A DNA stretch of 64,000 nt from Eledone cirrhosa (Eukaryota), in the NCBI GenBank assembly GCA_964016885.1, contig OZ024740.1:168950001-169014000 (forward strand), given 5' to 3'. The translations under genes and the position numbers were made by a program. Below the pieces are notes generated by a model that made no database searches, was not told the origin of the DNA, and saw nothing but the letters and a program-made list of their open reading frames with translations. Shown here piece by piece: positions 25,401 to 36,198 of the stretch; position 1 is the first letter of the stretch, and each line of letters opens with the position of its first letter.

Positions 25401-26899
25401 AATAAACACATAAGTGGCTGTTTTCTTGGCAGCAACTCTGAAGATATCGCAAAGCTGTGTGTCCTGATGGTAGTTTGGGGGGCGATAAACAACACCAAGC
25501 AGAAGTGTTGACATGGTCATACGTATGTCACAGAAAAAAACTTCTTCCTGTGATTCGTTCAAATCAACGCAAGGAATTACCGAAAAGTTTGAACGAACGC
25601 AGACCATCACACCACCACCACCACGGCGATTAATGCGGTCCTTGCGGAAAAGGTTGTACCCAGTAATGCTGAAAACCCCATCACAGAGTAAGGAATGTGC
25701 CCATGTTTCTGTGACTGTGATGAAGTCAGGGTCGATGCTTCTGACGTAGGATTCGAACAGATGTATCTTGTTGCATAAACTGCGAGCATTTAAGGACAAC
25801 AATTTGTACCCTGCTCGCAGTTTATGATGGTGTGTAGAGGGTGGCAGGTTGTTCTGGTTTAGTTTCCCAGAGTTGTAGCAGTTTTTACATTGCTAGTTAT
25901 TGTGGGTAGATCACACTCAGACCAGCTGGTATCTCTCTTCCACGTTTCATCAGCCTTGACAAACCTCCAGATCTGCCCATCATCACGCAGACTAAAACTT
26001 TCATGTTGTGCTGAGTTCTGATTCAAGGAAGCTGCAGCACAGAGCTTTGGGCGTACATGGGGTGGTAGGCCTGGGCGTGTTCGGAAGGTAATCCGATTTT
26101 CACGCCCAGCTTTAACAGAGGCCAGATGGTATGAGGTTGCCTCAGCGGGGTCCGAAAAAGACAGCCTGATGAGTCTGGGTTTTGGACCAGGTCGACCAAG
26201 GCGGAGAGCACCCTTTGGGGGAACACAGCCTAGGTCTTTGGCTGAGCTGGCAGCAAATGCCTGAAGATCAGCCTTGTCCTCTGGTACCCCAATATATATA
26301 TATTAATTTATTAAATTAACAGATTAAAGTTTAAGCAAAGAATCGGTGCTTTCACTCTTAACAGGATCTTCAGAAGTTCCCGTTAAGGGTGAAAGCAGCG
26401 ATTCTTTGCTTAAACTTTAATCTGTTATTTTAATAAATATTTGCTCTAGGGTTCTTATATATTTGATATATATTTATCCTTATCGAGCCCTCTTTGGATT
26501 TTAGTCTTCACATTTATTATTCTATCATCATCATCATCATCATCATTTTACGTCCACTTTTCCCTGCTTGCAAGGGTGGGACGGGAACTGATTCTGGCTT
26601 GATTTCTACAGCTGGATGCCCTTCCTAACACCAACCTCATTTACAGTGAGTGCTGTGTGCTTTTTTCCGTGGCACCTCCACAACCACTTTGCAGTGGAAT
26701 GATAGGGACCTCAGTCCCTATCATCTCATTTCTACAGCTGAGTAAACTGGAGCAATGTGAAATAAAGTATCTTGCTCAAGGAAACGACACATCACCCGGT
26801 CTGAGAATTGAACTCACAACCTTTCGATTGCAAGGCCAATGCTCTAACCACTAAGCCATGTGCCTCCATTATATATATATATGTCTGTGTGTGTGTGTT

Positions 26900-26947
<48 letters not shown>

Positions 26948-29900
26948 CAAGAAAAAGCAAATAAAGAAAAAATTTTTAAATAAATTTCAAAAAATTCACT
27001 GTACTTACTATATGTGCCTTTACCACGGTTTCAGGTCCAAAAACAAATAGATAATCCAAGCAGGTTTCTATTGAGAAAGAGATCCTCATCAGAAGGCTTT
27101 TCTCTCTCGGAGAATATAAGATTCCTGAGTTCAAAATACAAACTAGCGCCATACAAAACTGCTCTAACAAATGAATGATGAAACAATTTTGTCTAGTACC
27201 GTGTGCAAAGACTGAAAGCAAAGTGGACAGGTCAATCTCTCGCTACTAAAAATAGCAGCCGTTCAAATGACCAAAGGTTTCTCTACTGTTGGGGAGAATA
27301 ATAATAAAAGTATGTGTTCCTGCATGTAAATAATACATATAAGGATACAAGTATAGTCCGACCATGTAGTATGCAAGTGTGGTTCAATGGCAAGTTAATA
27401 AATTAACAAGCCAGAACATATAAAATCAAGGAAAAGCAAATATATATATATATATGGCTGGCATTAGGAAGCACATCTAGCTGTAGAAACCAAGCCAAAA
27501 TCAGCCCTGTGTGAGCGAAATATGGTCCTCTAACCTGATCTCTCCTAAAGGGACGGCTCATCCTACTGCTAGTAGAGAAAATGGACGTTAAACGATGATG
27601 ATGATTTTGAAACAAATCATCGGAGTATTGAGTGAGTTGACATTCTGAGGAAATGTTGAAAATCTCGAATACAGAAAATAACTGTGAACACAGTTAATTG
27701 TTATAAATCTTAGCTTGGAAAATCAGGTAAACTACCCCTACAGGTGGAAAAAGTGGCCACTTTTTCCGTCTATAGTTGTATTTACTCATTTTGTTTTAAA
27801 GCTAATATTTATAGCAATCAACTCTGTTCGCAGTTATTTTCTGTTTGAGAATTTTTTTACATTTCTTACGAACACACACACACACACACACATATATATT
27901 TATGTATATATGTGTGTGTGTGTGTGTATATATATATATGTATAAGCCCCCAGCCCACACTGTAAAGTGGTCGTGATGGTGTCACAACAAAAAGTACCTA
28001 GTCTACCTAGTCCACACTGTAAAGTGGTCGTGTAGGTGTCACAACAAAAAGCCCCCAGTACTCACTGTAAATGAGGTTGGCGTTAGGAAGAGCATACAGC
28101 TGTAGAAACCAAGCCAGGATCAGTCTTGTATGAGCAAGACATGGTCACCTAACCTAGCATTGCCCACAACAGGACAACCGGTCTAACCCATGCTAGCGTG
28201 GAAAATGGACATAAGACGAAGGTGATGATGATATATATACCATTATCATGATATATATATATGTGTGTGTGTACCTTATGTTGGTACCACAAACATCCAG
28301 CCCACACTGTATAGTGGTCATGTAGACATGGTAAAAAGTCCCCAGCACACACTGTATATGTGGTTGACACTAGGAAGGGCATCCTGTTGTAGAAAACCAG
28401 CCAAAAACAGTCCGATATGAGGGAGACATGGTCACCCAACCCAACTTGCCTCTAAATGGGACAAATCCGTTTGACCCATGCTAGCGTGGAAGATGGACGT
28501 TAAGCGATGATGATGTATATATATAGTGTGATCCATCCTGGTTATGTCCCCTCATATCGTGTTAACTTTAGTTGTCCTCCACTGAAACCAATAAAATATG
28601 CACCTGTCTATGTAATTGACTAAAATCCTTGAACACAGGAACCACAGCATTACCACAATCCAATGACTATAATTTTTTTTTTTTAATTTAGTTTGAGATT
28701 TCAGCTGATGACCAAAAACAGATTTTGTGCCACCCTGATCCCTCAGAATGTCACAGCAAATTACTACAGTTAATTAACCAATCCCTGTAAGTTTATTGAT
28801 ATTTCTTTCTTTTATTCATTCAACCTTTCTTTTTTTTTTATATAATTTTCTCAATTGAGTCTACAGAATGTTGATATCGAAAAGAGGTTTGAGTGTGAGT
28901 TGTTGACTTAGCAATATATTTGTTGTATATATTTGAATTCATCTAAGCTGGAGGTGAATTAATTATCAAAGCACTTCAACATCTTTTTAACTGTATCATT
29001 ACTACAGGAAAAGCCCAGACGTTCAAGAAAGCATTGATAGTTGTACTCTACAAAAAAAGTAGCAGACTTGATTGTGGGAACTATCGTCCTATCAGCCTAT
29101 TGAGTCACCTTTACAAGCTTTTCATGAGTATCATTTCAGCACGAGTGAAGTCAGACCTTTACACCTCATTTCCTGAAACACAAGCTGCGTATCAACCTGG
29201 AAGAGGTACCATTGAGCAGATCCTAGCTATTGAACAAGTCACTGAGAAATCAATAGAATTCAACAACCCTGTGCACATCACCTTCATTGACATCACAAAA
29301 GCTTTTGACATGAAACTACCCAGCTTGTGGCAACTCTTAAACAAGACCTCAGTTAACAAGAGATACATCAACCTACTGAAAGAAACTTACACCAACTCAA
29401 CAGCATATATCAAAACAGATTTGGGAACTACACGGTGTATAGACATCTTGAAGGGAATTAAGCAGAGGAATGTACTATCAGCACTTCTTTTCTGTATAGT
29501 TATAACTGCACTTACCAAACTGAAGAGGAATGCTCCCCCGGCTATCAAATAGGAGGTAAAATCCTATCAAATCTTTGCTATGTAGATGATCTGGTCATCA
29601 TGATTTACTCTAGAACTGATCTGCAAGACTTTCTGAATGTACTGGCCAAACATTGGCTGGCTTGCGCATCAACATCTCCAAGCAAGGTGTATGACAACTG
29701 ATTAAAGCAATGACAATCTCCAACTCATAATCTACAAACAGAAAATTTCTCAAGTTACGGAGTTTGTATATCTCGGTCACAAACTATCATCAAACAACAA
29801 GGGAATAGTCGCTGTGCAGTATCATTTCGCTCTAGGCTGGACAGCTTTCAACAAGAACAATGAAGTAGTAACATCAAAACGAGTTTCCTATCATTTGAAG

Positions 29901-32900
29901 GCTAAGATCTTCGATACTTACATCCTACCAGTTGTTTCTATCATTCTCTGGGGTTCAATGGGACTACTCAGGGGCTTCTTTAAACTTTTCATTCTAAAAC
30001 CTGCCATTTGTAAAAGAAAGGAATGTAATTAAAATACAATAAAATACAACTTGCTTAAACAGGTTTTTCTCTGTCACCGCTAGAACAAAAGGATTGAGGG
30101 TCATCTAAAAAACATAGTGTAATGAGGCTGCTTGTTTGCAAACAAATTGAATATTATTATTATTATTCGGCAGTATCGGTAGAGGGTCGGACGCCATTTT
30201 TAGAGTTATGTCCCTTTACGGTCTGAGTTCAAATCCCGCCGAGGTTAACTTTGCCTTTCATCCTTACGGGGTCGATAAAATAAAGTACCAGTAATGCATT
30301 GGGTAATTGCTGGCCACGTGCCAAAAGTAGAAACAATTATTATTATTTGATATAAGACGCATTTCTGTATCCACTATTTTAGAGTGAAGAATGAAATTCT
30401 AATTTTGTTTTTTTATTTATATATAACTAGTCTTTTGTCTATTTATTTTATATTCTGTTTACTGATTTATTGATTTACTTATTTATTTTGTACATGTCAA
30501 GCATTTCATGAGGGGGTTGGTCTAAAAAGTTTGGTAACCTTGGCATTTCCAGGTTACCTCATTGTTTCTTGACATATATAGTTGTTAGTGGAGGGAAGAG
30601 TTTTTGTTGTTATGACTTACATGCATAAGTATAGCCAAACTCTTAGCAGTTTGCATCTCATAGAAGGTTCCTTGGGTGTTTTAACTCTATAAAACCTGGG
30701 TGTTTTAGGGGAGGGGCAGGCCTGAGAGCCACCCTCCTCCTGCTTTGGTCATAAACCATTGATAGGAAAATATTTTTGTATTACAAAAATGTTACTGATT
30801 CATCAGTTATACCCAGATGTATTAAAATTTAGTAATCTTATAGTGTTCAAAAGTTTTCCAGAACCACTAAGGCTGTGTCCATGAAACTTTGCAGGGATAT
30901 AGGTACTGCATATAGGTAGTGTCATGTACCTTCTCTGCAATGTTTGTTACTAAATAAAACATCAACAATGCAATGTCAAAGATTTTGCAAAATAGATAAA
31001 AAATTGTTGCCATGGAAATAGCGTAGTTGTCATAGCAGCTGCTGCCATGCAACTCAAAACATACATCAGATTGGGAATGTTTTGCGATTTGGCAGTATTG
31101 TTAGAGAGAATCAGACGTTATGCTTTGCGGCATAGAGTTACGGCCCTTTATGGTTTAAGTTCAAACCCTGCCGAGGTTAATTTTGCCTTTCATCCTTATG
31201 GGTCGATAAAATAAAGTACCAGTAATGCTCTGGGGCAATTGCTGGCTCTTACAATTTCAACAATCTCCTTTGCTGAGAATCAGACGTCATGCTTTGCGGC
31301 ATAGAGTTACGGCCCTTTATGGTTTAAGTTCAAACCCTGCCGAGGTTAATTTTGCCTTTCATCCTTATGGGTCGATAAAATAAAGTACCAGTAATGCTCT
31401 GGGGGTAATTGCTGGCTTTGTGCCAAAAGTACAAACAATTATTTTTGAAGACAGTGGATTGCCAGTATCGATAGAACGTCGGACACCATGCTTTGCAGCA
31501 TAGAGATATGGCCCTTTACGTTCTGCGTTCAAATCCCGCCGTGGTTAACTGTCTTTTATCCTTACGGAGTCGATAAAATAAAACACCAGTAATGCAATGG
31601 GGTAATTGCTGGCCTTGTGCCAAAAGTAGAAATAATTATTTTAGTTACAAATGCTATATAATCAAATTTTGTAACAAGAAAAATGAAAATATCATTTTAT
31701 ACTTCCTCTCCAACTCCTGCTGTTTTCAAAGCAACAGGGAAATTCTTTTAAAATCAGTTATGTGAACATTTAACAGTAAATTTTATGAAAGATCACCAAA
31801 TTCTGCTTCCTTTCAAAAGTTATGGAAAAAAGAAACCCATAAGGGGCTGGGGGCTCTCTCTAGGCATAATAGGGTTAATGATAGCAGAGCCCCAGTCCTA
31901 TCATATCACCATTTTTCCAGTGACAGGAGGCAGGTTTTGAACACAGAATATACAGAGCCAGAATAGATAATGCAAGGTATTTGATGCTCTTACAATTTCA
32001 ACAATCTCCTTTGCTGGAATAGTACCTTCTTAATTGACACCACAAGAATGATAGGATTTGAACTCAGAGTGCAGAGAGCTGTAATAAATAATGATTTCTA
32101 CTATAGGTACAAAGTCAGCAAATTTGCGGGGAAGGGAAAGTCGATTAAATCGACTCCAGTACATTACTGGTGCTTTATTTTATAGATCCTGTAAGTATGA
32201 AAGGCAAAGCTAACCGAAGCGAGATTTGAACTCAGAATGTAACGGGCCATAACTCTATGCTGCATAGCATGGTGTCTGACACTCTACCGATAATGCCTAC
32301 CCCTCTCCATTTGGCACAAAGCCAGTAATTTGAAGGAAAGGGGAAAAGTTAATTAAATAGACCCCTGTGCATTACTGGTACTTTATTTTATCAACCATGT
32401 AAGGATGAAAGGCAAAGCTAACCTCAGCGGATTTTGAACTCAGAACGTAATGGGCCATAACAATATACCTCAAAGCATGTTGGCAGTATCGCTCTACCAA
32501 TATTGCCAATCCACTATCCTAGCTGTAACAAATATTGCAAAGCATTTAATCCAACACTCTAATGGCTCTGCTACTTCACTGCCTTATGAAAGAAGACTGT
32601 TTTGGGTTTTGAAATAAACATCAATTTTACATCTGTTATTCCATGCCTTTGTGCATTTAGAGATCTTCTCCAGTGCTGCTTTCCTCTATTTGTTACATTT
32701 CTTTGTCATCTCTTTTTTGAGGTTCAGCAATCTGAGATCAACTCTCATCCTTTCTGCCCAGATTTTACCTTTGAACATTCAATGCTCATGTCTCACTACC
32801 ATGTAACATTAAAAAATCAAATTCTGTCAGACTAAATTGAATATATTTTTCTATTTCAATATCTATTAGGGGTTATGACCTTGTAGCTACACATGGTGCT

Positions 32901-33632
32901 GGTCCAGAATTTTTTGGCTTATCTCACCCAATTGTACAGAACCTTATTCAAAGTTGTCCTGGTGCCCGGAAATGTTCCCTTTATAAATGGATCAAGTTTG
33001 AAGTTAGCAAGACTGAAAACATCTGCAGTTCCATCACTGCTGAAGATGACCCCACCATTTCAGTAGAAGCTCTTCGATCACTGCAGTCAGTTTCTCAAGG
33101 TAAAACTACCAAAGTTAATCTACTTACTCCGATTTCACTATCTTACTGGTTTCAGTTCAGTCATTAGACTGTCGCTATGCTGGGGCGCTGCCTTGAGTGG
33201 ATTTACTAGATCATATTCATGCCCTGGACTTAATTTTTTCCTGTCTTTTGTTAAACCACTAAGTTGTGAAACATACACAAATGCACACACACAAATACAC
33301 ACACACACATATATGACAGACTTCAGCATGGTTCATGCCTATCCAATTCCACTCACAAGTTATTAGGTAACTTGAAGCTATAGTAGAAGACACTTGCCTA
33401 AGGTGCCTCAGTGAAACTGAACCCCAAACCACATGTCTGCAAAGCAAACTCCTTAACCACACAGCCATGCCTGCATCTGCTTGTTTTTCTTTATTATTCA
33501 TTGCTGTCCTTTTTTTTTTCAAACTGGATGTTTTGTTTCGTTTTAGGAAAGTTATCATCATCATCATCAACGTTGGTTTTAAGTTGATTTTTTTTTGTTT
33601 TTTTTTTTGCAGGAAGCAAATTTCAGACTTGA
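15963..33632 (+). CDS. TBRG1: TBRG1 (transforming growth factor beta regulator 1 / NIAM), complete; join(15963-16043,17574-17644,18051-18295,20503-20639,21771-21917,28692-28786,32870-33099,33613-33632), 341 aa
   Basis: GT-AG introns, phases consistent, 1026 nt. An in-frame TAA lies 18 nt upstream of the ATG. Motifs NAAICDEVVRIEEK..KEERRFLL, FYRN (LDPLGRPVFP..LTIHSLGEIVPDRPNFH..IYPIGFCSTR..KCLYTC) and FYRC (GPEFFGLSHPIVQNLIQSCPGARKC) match recalled human TBRG1. Confidence 0.95.
16704..17093 (-). mobile_element. tRNA-headed SINE with CORE-like domain and RTE-type (GAT)n tail
   Basis: A-box TGGCTTAGTGG, B-box GAGTTCAATTC, CCTTGAGCAAGACACTT, GGAAGGGCATCCAGCTGTAGAAA; tail shared with 39600-39710. 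Confidence 0.85.
17574..17644 (+). CDS. TBRG1: TBRG1 coding exon 2
   Basis: VNAAICDEVVRIEEKVVQVKEER; ag/gt flanks. Confidence 0.93.
18051..18295 (+). CDS. TBRG1: TBRG1 coding exon 3 (Thr/Pro/Lys-rich linker)
   Basis: RFLLHKLLQFQS...KKTVTELL; ag/gt flanks; phase-consistent. Confidence 0.9.
18415..19097 (-). mobile_element. 5'-truncated RTE LINE (ORF C-terminus plus 3'UTR)
   Basis: RRLHWYSHVMRM..GRPRKTW; (GAT)n tail; homologous to 61360-62073. Confidence 0.85.
19427..19744. mobile_element. Tigger-like MITE
   Basis: TIRs CAGTAAGT.CCCA.CTTACGAAC at both ends. Confidence 0.75.
20503..20639 (+). CDS. TBRG1: TBRG1 coding exon 4 (start of FYRN)
   Basis: PIPLDPLGRPVFPLSIGDLTIHSLGE|gtaagt. Confidence 0.94.
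21771..21917 (+). CDS. TBRG1: TBRG1 coding exon 5 (FYRN)
   Basis: IVPDRPNFHTEEHIYPIGFCSTRLYVSTRHPDQKCLYTCSISDGGNGPL. Confidence 0.95.
22505..26293 (-). mobile_element. CR1-type LINE, 5'-truncated (copy 2, same family as 1130-5269)
   Basis: Near-identical to copy 1 from its position 1952 onward. ORF2 (25802-23049) is broken only by stops at 25326 and 23943 and a 15-nt in-frame deletion. Flanked by TA-rich repeats. Confidence 0.95.
22696..22957 (-). mobile_element. RTE/SINE 3' fragment nested in the CR1 3'UTR
   Basis: TSD ACAGT (22691-95 / 22958-62), confirmed by the empty site in copy 1; (GAT)n tail. Confidence 0.85.
26306..26438. repeat. Near-perfect ~65-bp-arm palindrome resembling an inverted Penelope-type terminal repeat
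   Basis: The arms pair almost fully; CTGAAGA...GAAA on the minus arm; one arm end recurs at ~51086-51120. Confidence 0.75.
26524..26865 (-). mobile_element. tRNA-headed CORE-like SINE (same head as 16704-17093, different tail)
   Basis: Head and core align with 16820-17093; tail aligns with 51600-51670 and 57530-57578. Confidence 0.85.
27945..28515 (+). mobile_element. Two RTE/SINE 3' fragments in tandem
   Basis: CACACTGTAAAGTGG repeats, GGAAG.GCAT.C..GTAGAAA, ACCCATGCTAGCGTGGAA..(GAT)n twice. Confidence 0.7.
28692..28786 (+). CDS. TBRG1: TBRG1 coding exon 6 (FYRC)
   Basis: FEISADDQKQILCHPDPSECHSKLLQLINQS; ag/gt flanks. Confidence 0.92.
28960..29935 (+). mobile_element. Degraded RTE-type LINE RT fragment
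   Basis: NYRPISLLSHLYK, QAAYQPGRGT, FIDITKAFD, YVDD, FVYLG, with frameshifts. Confidence 0.85.
30165..30345 (+). mobile_element. Meta-core tRNA SINE
   Basis: A/B boxes, core GCCTTTCATCCTTACGGGGTCGATAAAATAAAGTACCAG, (ATT)n tail. Confidence 0.8.
31085..31640 (+). mobile_element. Three tandem Meta-core SINE copies (the first two are a near-identical local duplication)
   Basis: 31106-31235 is nearly identical to 31275-31404; third copy at 31450-31640. Confidence 0.8.
32090..32520 (-). mobile_element. Two tandem Meta-core SINE copies in inverted orientation
   Basis: Reverse complement of the same SINE (GATGAAAGGCAAAGCTAACC..TTTGAACTCAGAA). Confidence 0.78.
32870..33099 (+). CDS. TBRG1: TBRG1 coding exon 7 (FYRC)
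   Basis: GAGPEFFGLSHPIVQNLIQSCPGARKCSLYKWIKFEV. Confidence 0.95.
33135..33475 (-). mobile_element. tRNA-headed SINE(s) in the last TBRG1 intron
   Basis: GGCATGGCTGTGTGGTTAAG head, GGTTCAGTTTC B-box, TTAGGCAAGTGTCTTCTACTATAG core. Confidence 0.65.
33613..33632 (+). CDS. TBRG1: TBRG1 last coding exon
   Basis: Strong poly-T tract and gcag acceptor; GSKFQT*; AT-rich 3'UTR follows. Confidence 0.75.
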
Positions 33633-34260
33633 AGCCATGTGAAAGAATTTTCCAATATATACAGATTTATGTGGTGCTGTGTTGACTCCACAGGCAGTGT
33701 ACAGAAATGTAAAATTGACAGCAGTTATATACACTCAGATAATTGTGTTCAGCTGAAGGAAAATTAAAATAACAACAACAATAATAATAATAATCACTTC
33801 TGAAAGTTATTTCAAATCAGAGGATTTTGTTTTTATATTGTTATTTCATAATACTGAAAGAAAAACAAACAAACAAATTCATCATACAGTAGTATATTAT
33901 TTTTATTTGATACATACACACATATATATATATATATCTTTATTTTGTATATCTTTTATTCCTCTTTTTATTTCAAAGATTCAGACACGGTATATATAAA
34001 CGTGATTATTTTCCACTTGATATTGGCTAAATGGCTTTTATTTGTTTCTTTTACTCTTTTCCTTATATATATATATATAATCCAATGGGGTCTTAGCAGC
34101 ACTTGACATCAAACCTATCAAGTGTATGTTGGAGATCACCTTCTGTCAAGTTAAGTAACACTATGTTGTCTACAAATTTCAGCTGACTGATTCTACACCT
34201 GCCAGTTGTGATACCACTTCCAACATGGCTGTGCATGTCAATCTTGTTCATGAATATAAT

Positions 34261-34448
34261 TGTTTCTACTTTTGGCACAAGGCCAGCAATTATCCCAGTG
34301 CATTACTGGTACTTTATTTTATCGACCCCGTAAGGTTGAAAGGCAAAGTTAACCTTGGCGGGATTTTAACTCAGAATGGCATGGGTCGTAACTCTATGCG
34401 TCAAAGCATGGTGTCCGACCCTCTACTGATACTGACAATCCACCGCTA
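34261..34448 (-). mobile_element. Meta-core SINE inserted in the RTE
   Basis: 17-bp TSD TTGTTCATGAA(T/A)ATAAT. Confidence 0.85.
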
Positions 34449-35657
34449 TTGTTCATGAAAATAATAAACATAAGAAATGACTGTACGCACCCTTGGTGGA
34501 GTTCAACTCCTAGATTGAATGGTTTCAATTTAGCAGCATTTATCTGATCACAAATACTCAGGCATTCATATAGAGACATCAAGGTAACAAGAAGCTGATC
34601 ATTGATCCCATACTCCTGCAGAACCTTCCACAGCAGGTCCTGTGGACCATGGTCACATGTGTTTTCAATTTCTACAAAGCAAGAATGGACCTCATGGCAG
34701 TGTGAATATTTGGTTGGCTGTACTGCGTCCGGGGCGAAAACCACTTTGTTCATCAGTTAGCTTGGACTCAACAATTTCCCTACATCTCTTTGTCAGACAC
34801 TTAACAGAGACTTTACTGAGGAGACATAACAAGGAAATCCCTCTATAATTGGAGCAATCTCTCTTGTCTCCCTTTTTGAAAATTGGGCTTACCACTCTCG
34901 ATTGCCATTGCTTAGGTGCCTTTCCAGAGATCCAGGCCACCTAGCACACACAAGTTAGCCAGAGAATACCTTATCTATTTAAGGCTTTTAACATCTCAGG
35001 TCAAATTTTATCCTCTCCAGTGGCCTTGCCACATTTGAGCTCTTTGATTGCTCGTGTGACCTCTGCCTCCAAGAGAGCAGTCATTGCTCCCATATGTACC
35101 TTGTGTACATCAGATGATGCTTTTGTGATTGGGTTTAAGAGATCAACAAAGTATTCTCTTCACCTCATGAAGATGCAGCTCTCTGAAGAGAAGAGAACCC
35201 CAGATGCGTTCCTGATAGCAGGTGTGGAGGAGGACTTCTTATTACGAAGTCAGCAAATGGTATGCCAGAACACTTTATTTGCTGATCTGAAATCGGATTC
35301 CAGCTTAACTCCAAAGTCCTCCCATGTCTTCAGTTTGGATGCCTTTACAGCACTTGATATGTTTGATGCCAACTGTTGCATGGCTGGAATGAAAATCAGT
35401 GATGTGAAGTGATGTTCTACTGAAGCAAGTGGAGAAGTTCAAGTATCTCGTGGCCATGTTCATAAGTGATGGAAGGTAGGAGACTGAATTAAATGCAAGA
35501 ATTACAGGAGCTGGGGTAGTGATGCACCAGACTCAGCATTCAGTAACCAGAAAAGGGTAGGTAGGTGCAAAAGCCAAACTCACTGTCTTCAGTTTGGTAA
35601 TTATGCCAACCCTTACCTATGGACATGAATCTTGGATAATGACTGAAAGAATACAAT

Positions 35658-36198
35658 TTTAGCAGCATGGATTATAAATGTTATTGAGACACGAGTAACA
35701 TAATAATAATGTCAACAGCAGAAATTAGAGATGAAATGTATGTTTATTTTGGTTGTAGCACAAATAATTGTTTCTACTTTAGGCACAAGGCAAATAATTG
35801 TTTCTACGTTAGGCACAAGGCCAGCAATTACCCAGTGTATTACTGGCACTTTATTTTATCGACCCCGTAAGGATGAAAGGCAAAGTTAACCTCGGCAAGG
35901 CAAATAATGTTGGTTAACTTGTATGGTGGAAGTTACACATAAAAATGAGGTTACAAAAGGGAATGTGCCATTGCGCCGGAAAGCCGGCAGGCTAAGGTGC
36001 AAAATCTCACCGTCACATGTTGTACGTGTTGCTGGTTCGAAGTTCCTGGTGCGAGAGAGAGATTCTTCAAATCTTTGCGGGTAATTTCTCCCTCAGGACG
36101 CGTAGGGATACATCCTCTTCTACTGGCGCTGATTGGCTGAGCTGAGCCAAATCACGCACAGAGAATGTATGTGAGCCCGCGGAATGTAGGTCACTACA
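35658..36198 (-). mobile_element. Solo LTR (Gypsy-like) inserted in the RTE, itself carrying a SINE fragment (35769-35900)
   Basis: 4-bp TSD CAAT (35654-57 / 36199-202); ends TGTAG...CTA(A)A; CCAAT box and AATAAA on the minus strand. Removing it restores MTERIQS*IQAA. Confidence 0.7.

Noticed and set aside
27061-27097. CTGATGA...GAAAC on the minus strand as a hammerhead
   Set aside because: No convincing stem I or stem III; at most a decayed remnant.
27955-28080. Repeated CACACTGTAAAGTGG units as a CRISPR-like array
   Set aside because: Eukaryotic context, the spacers resemble each other, and the units belong to RTE/SINE 3' regions.
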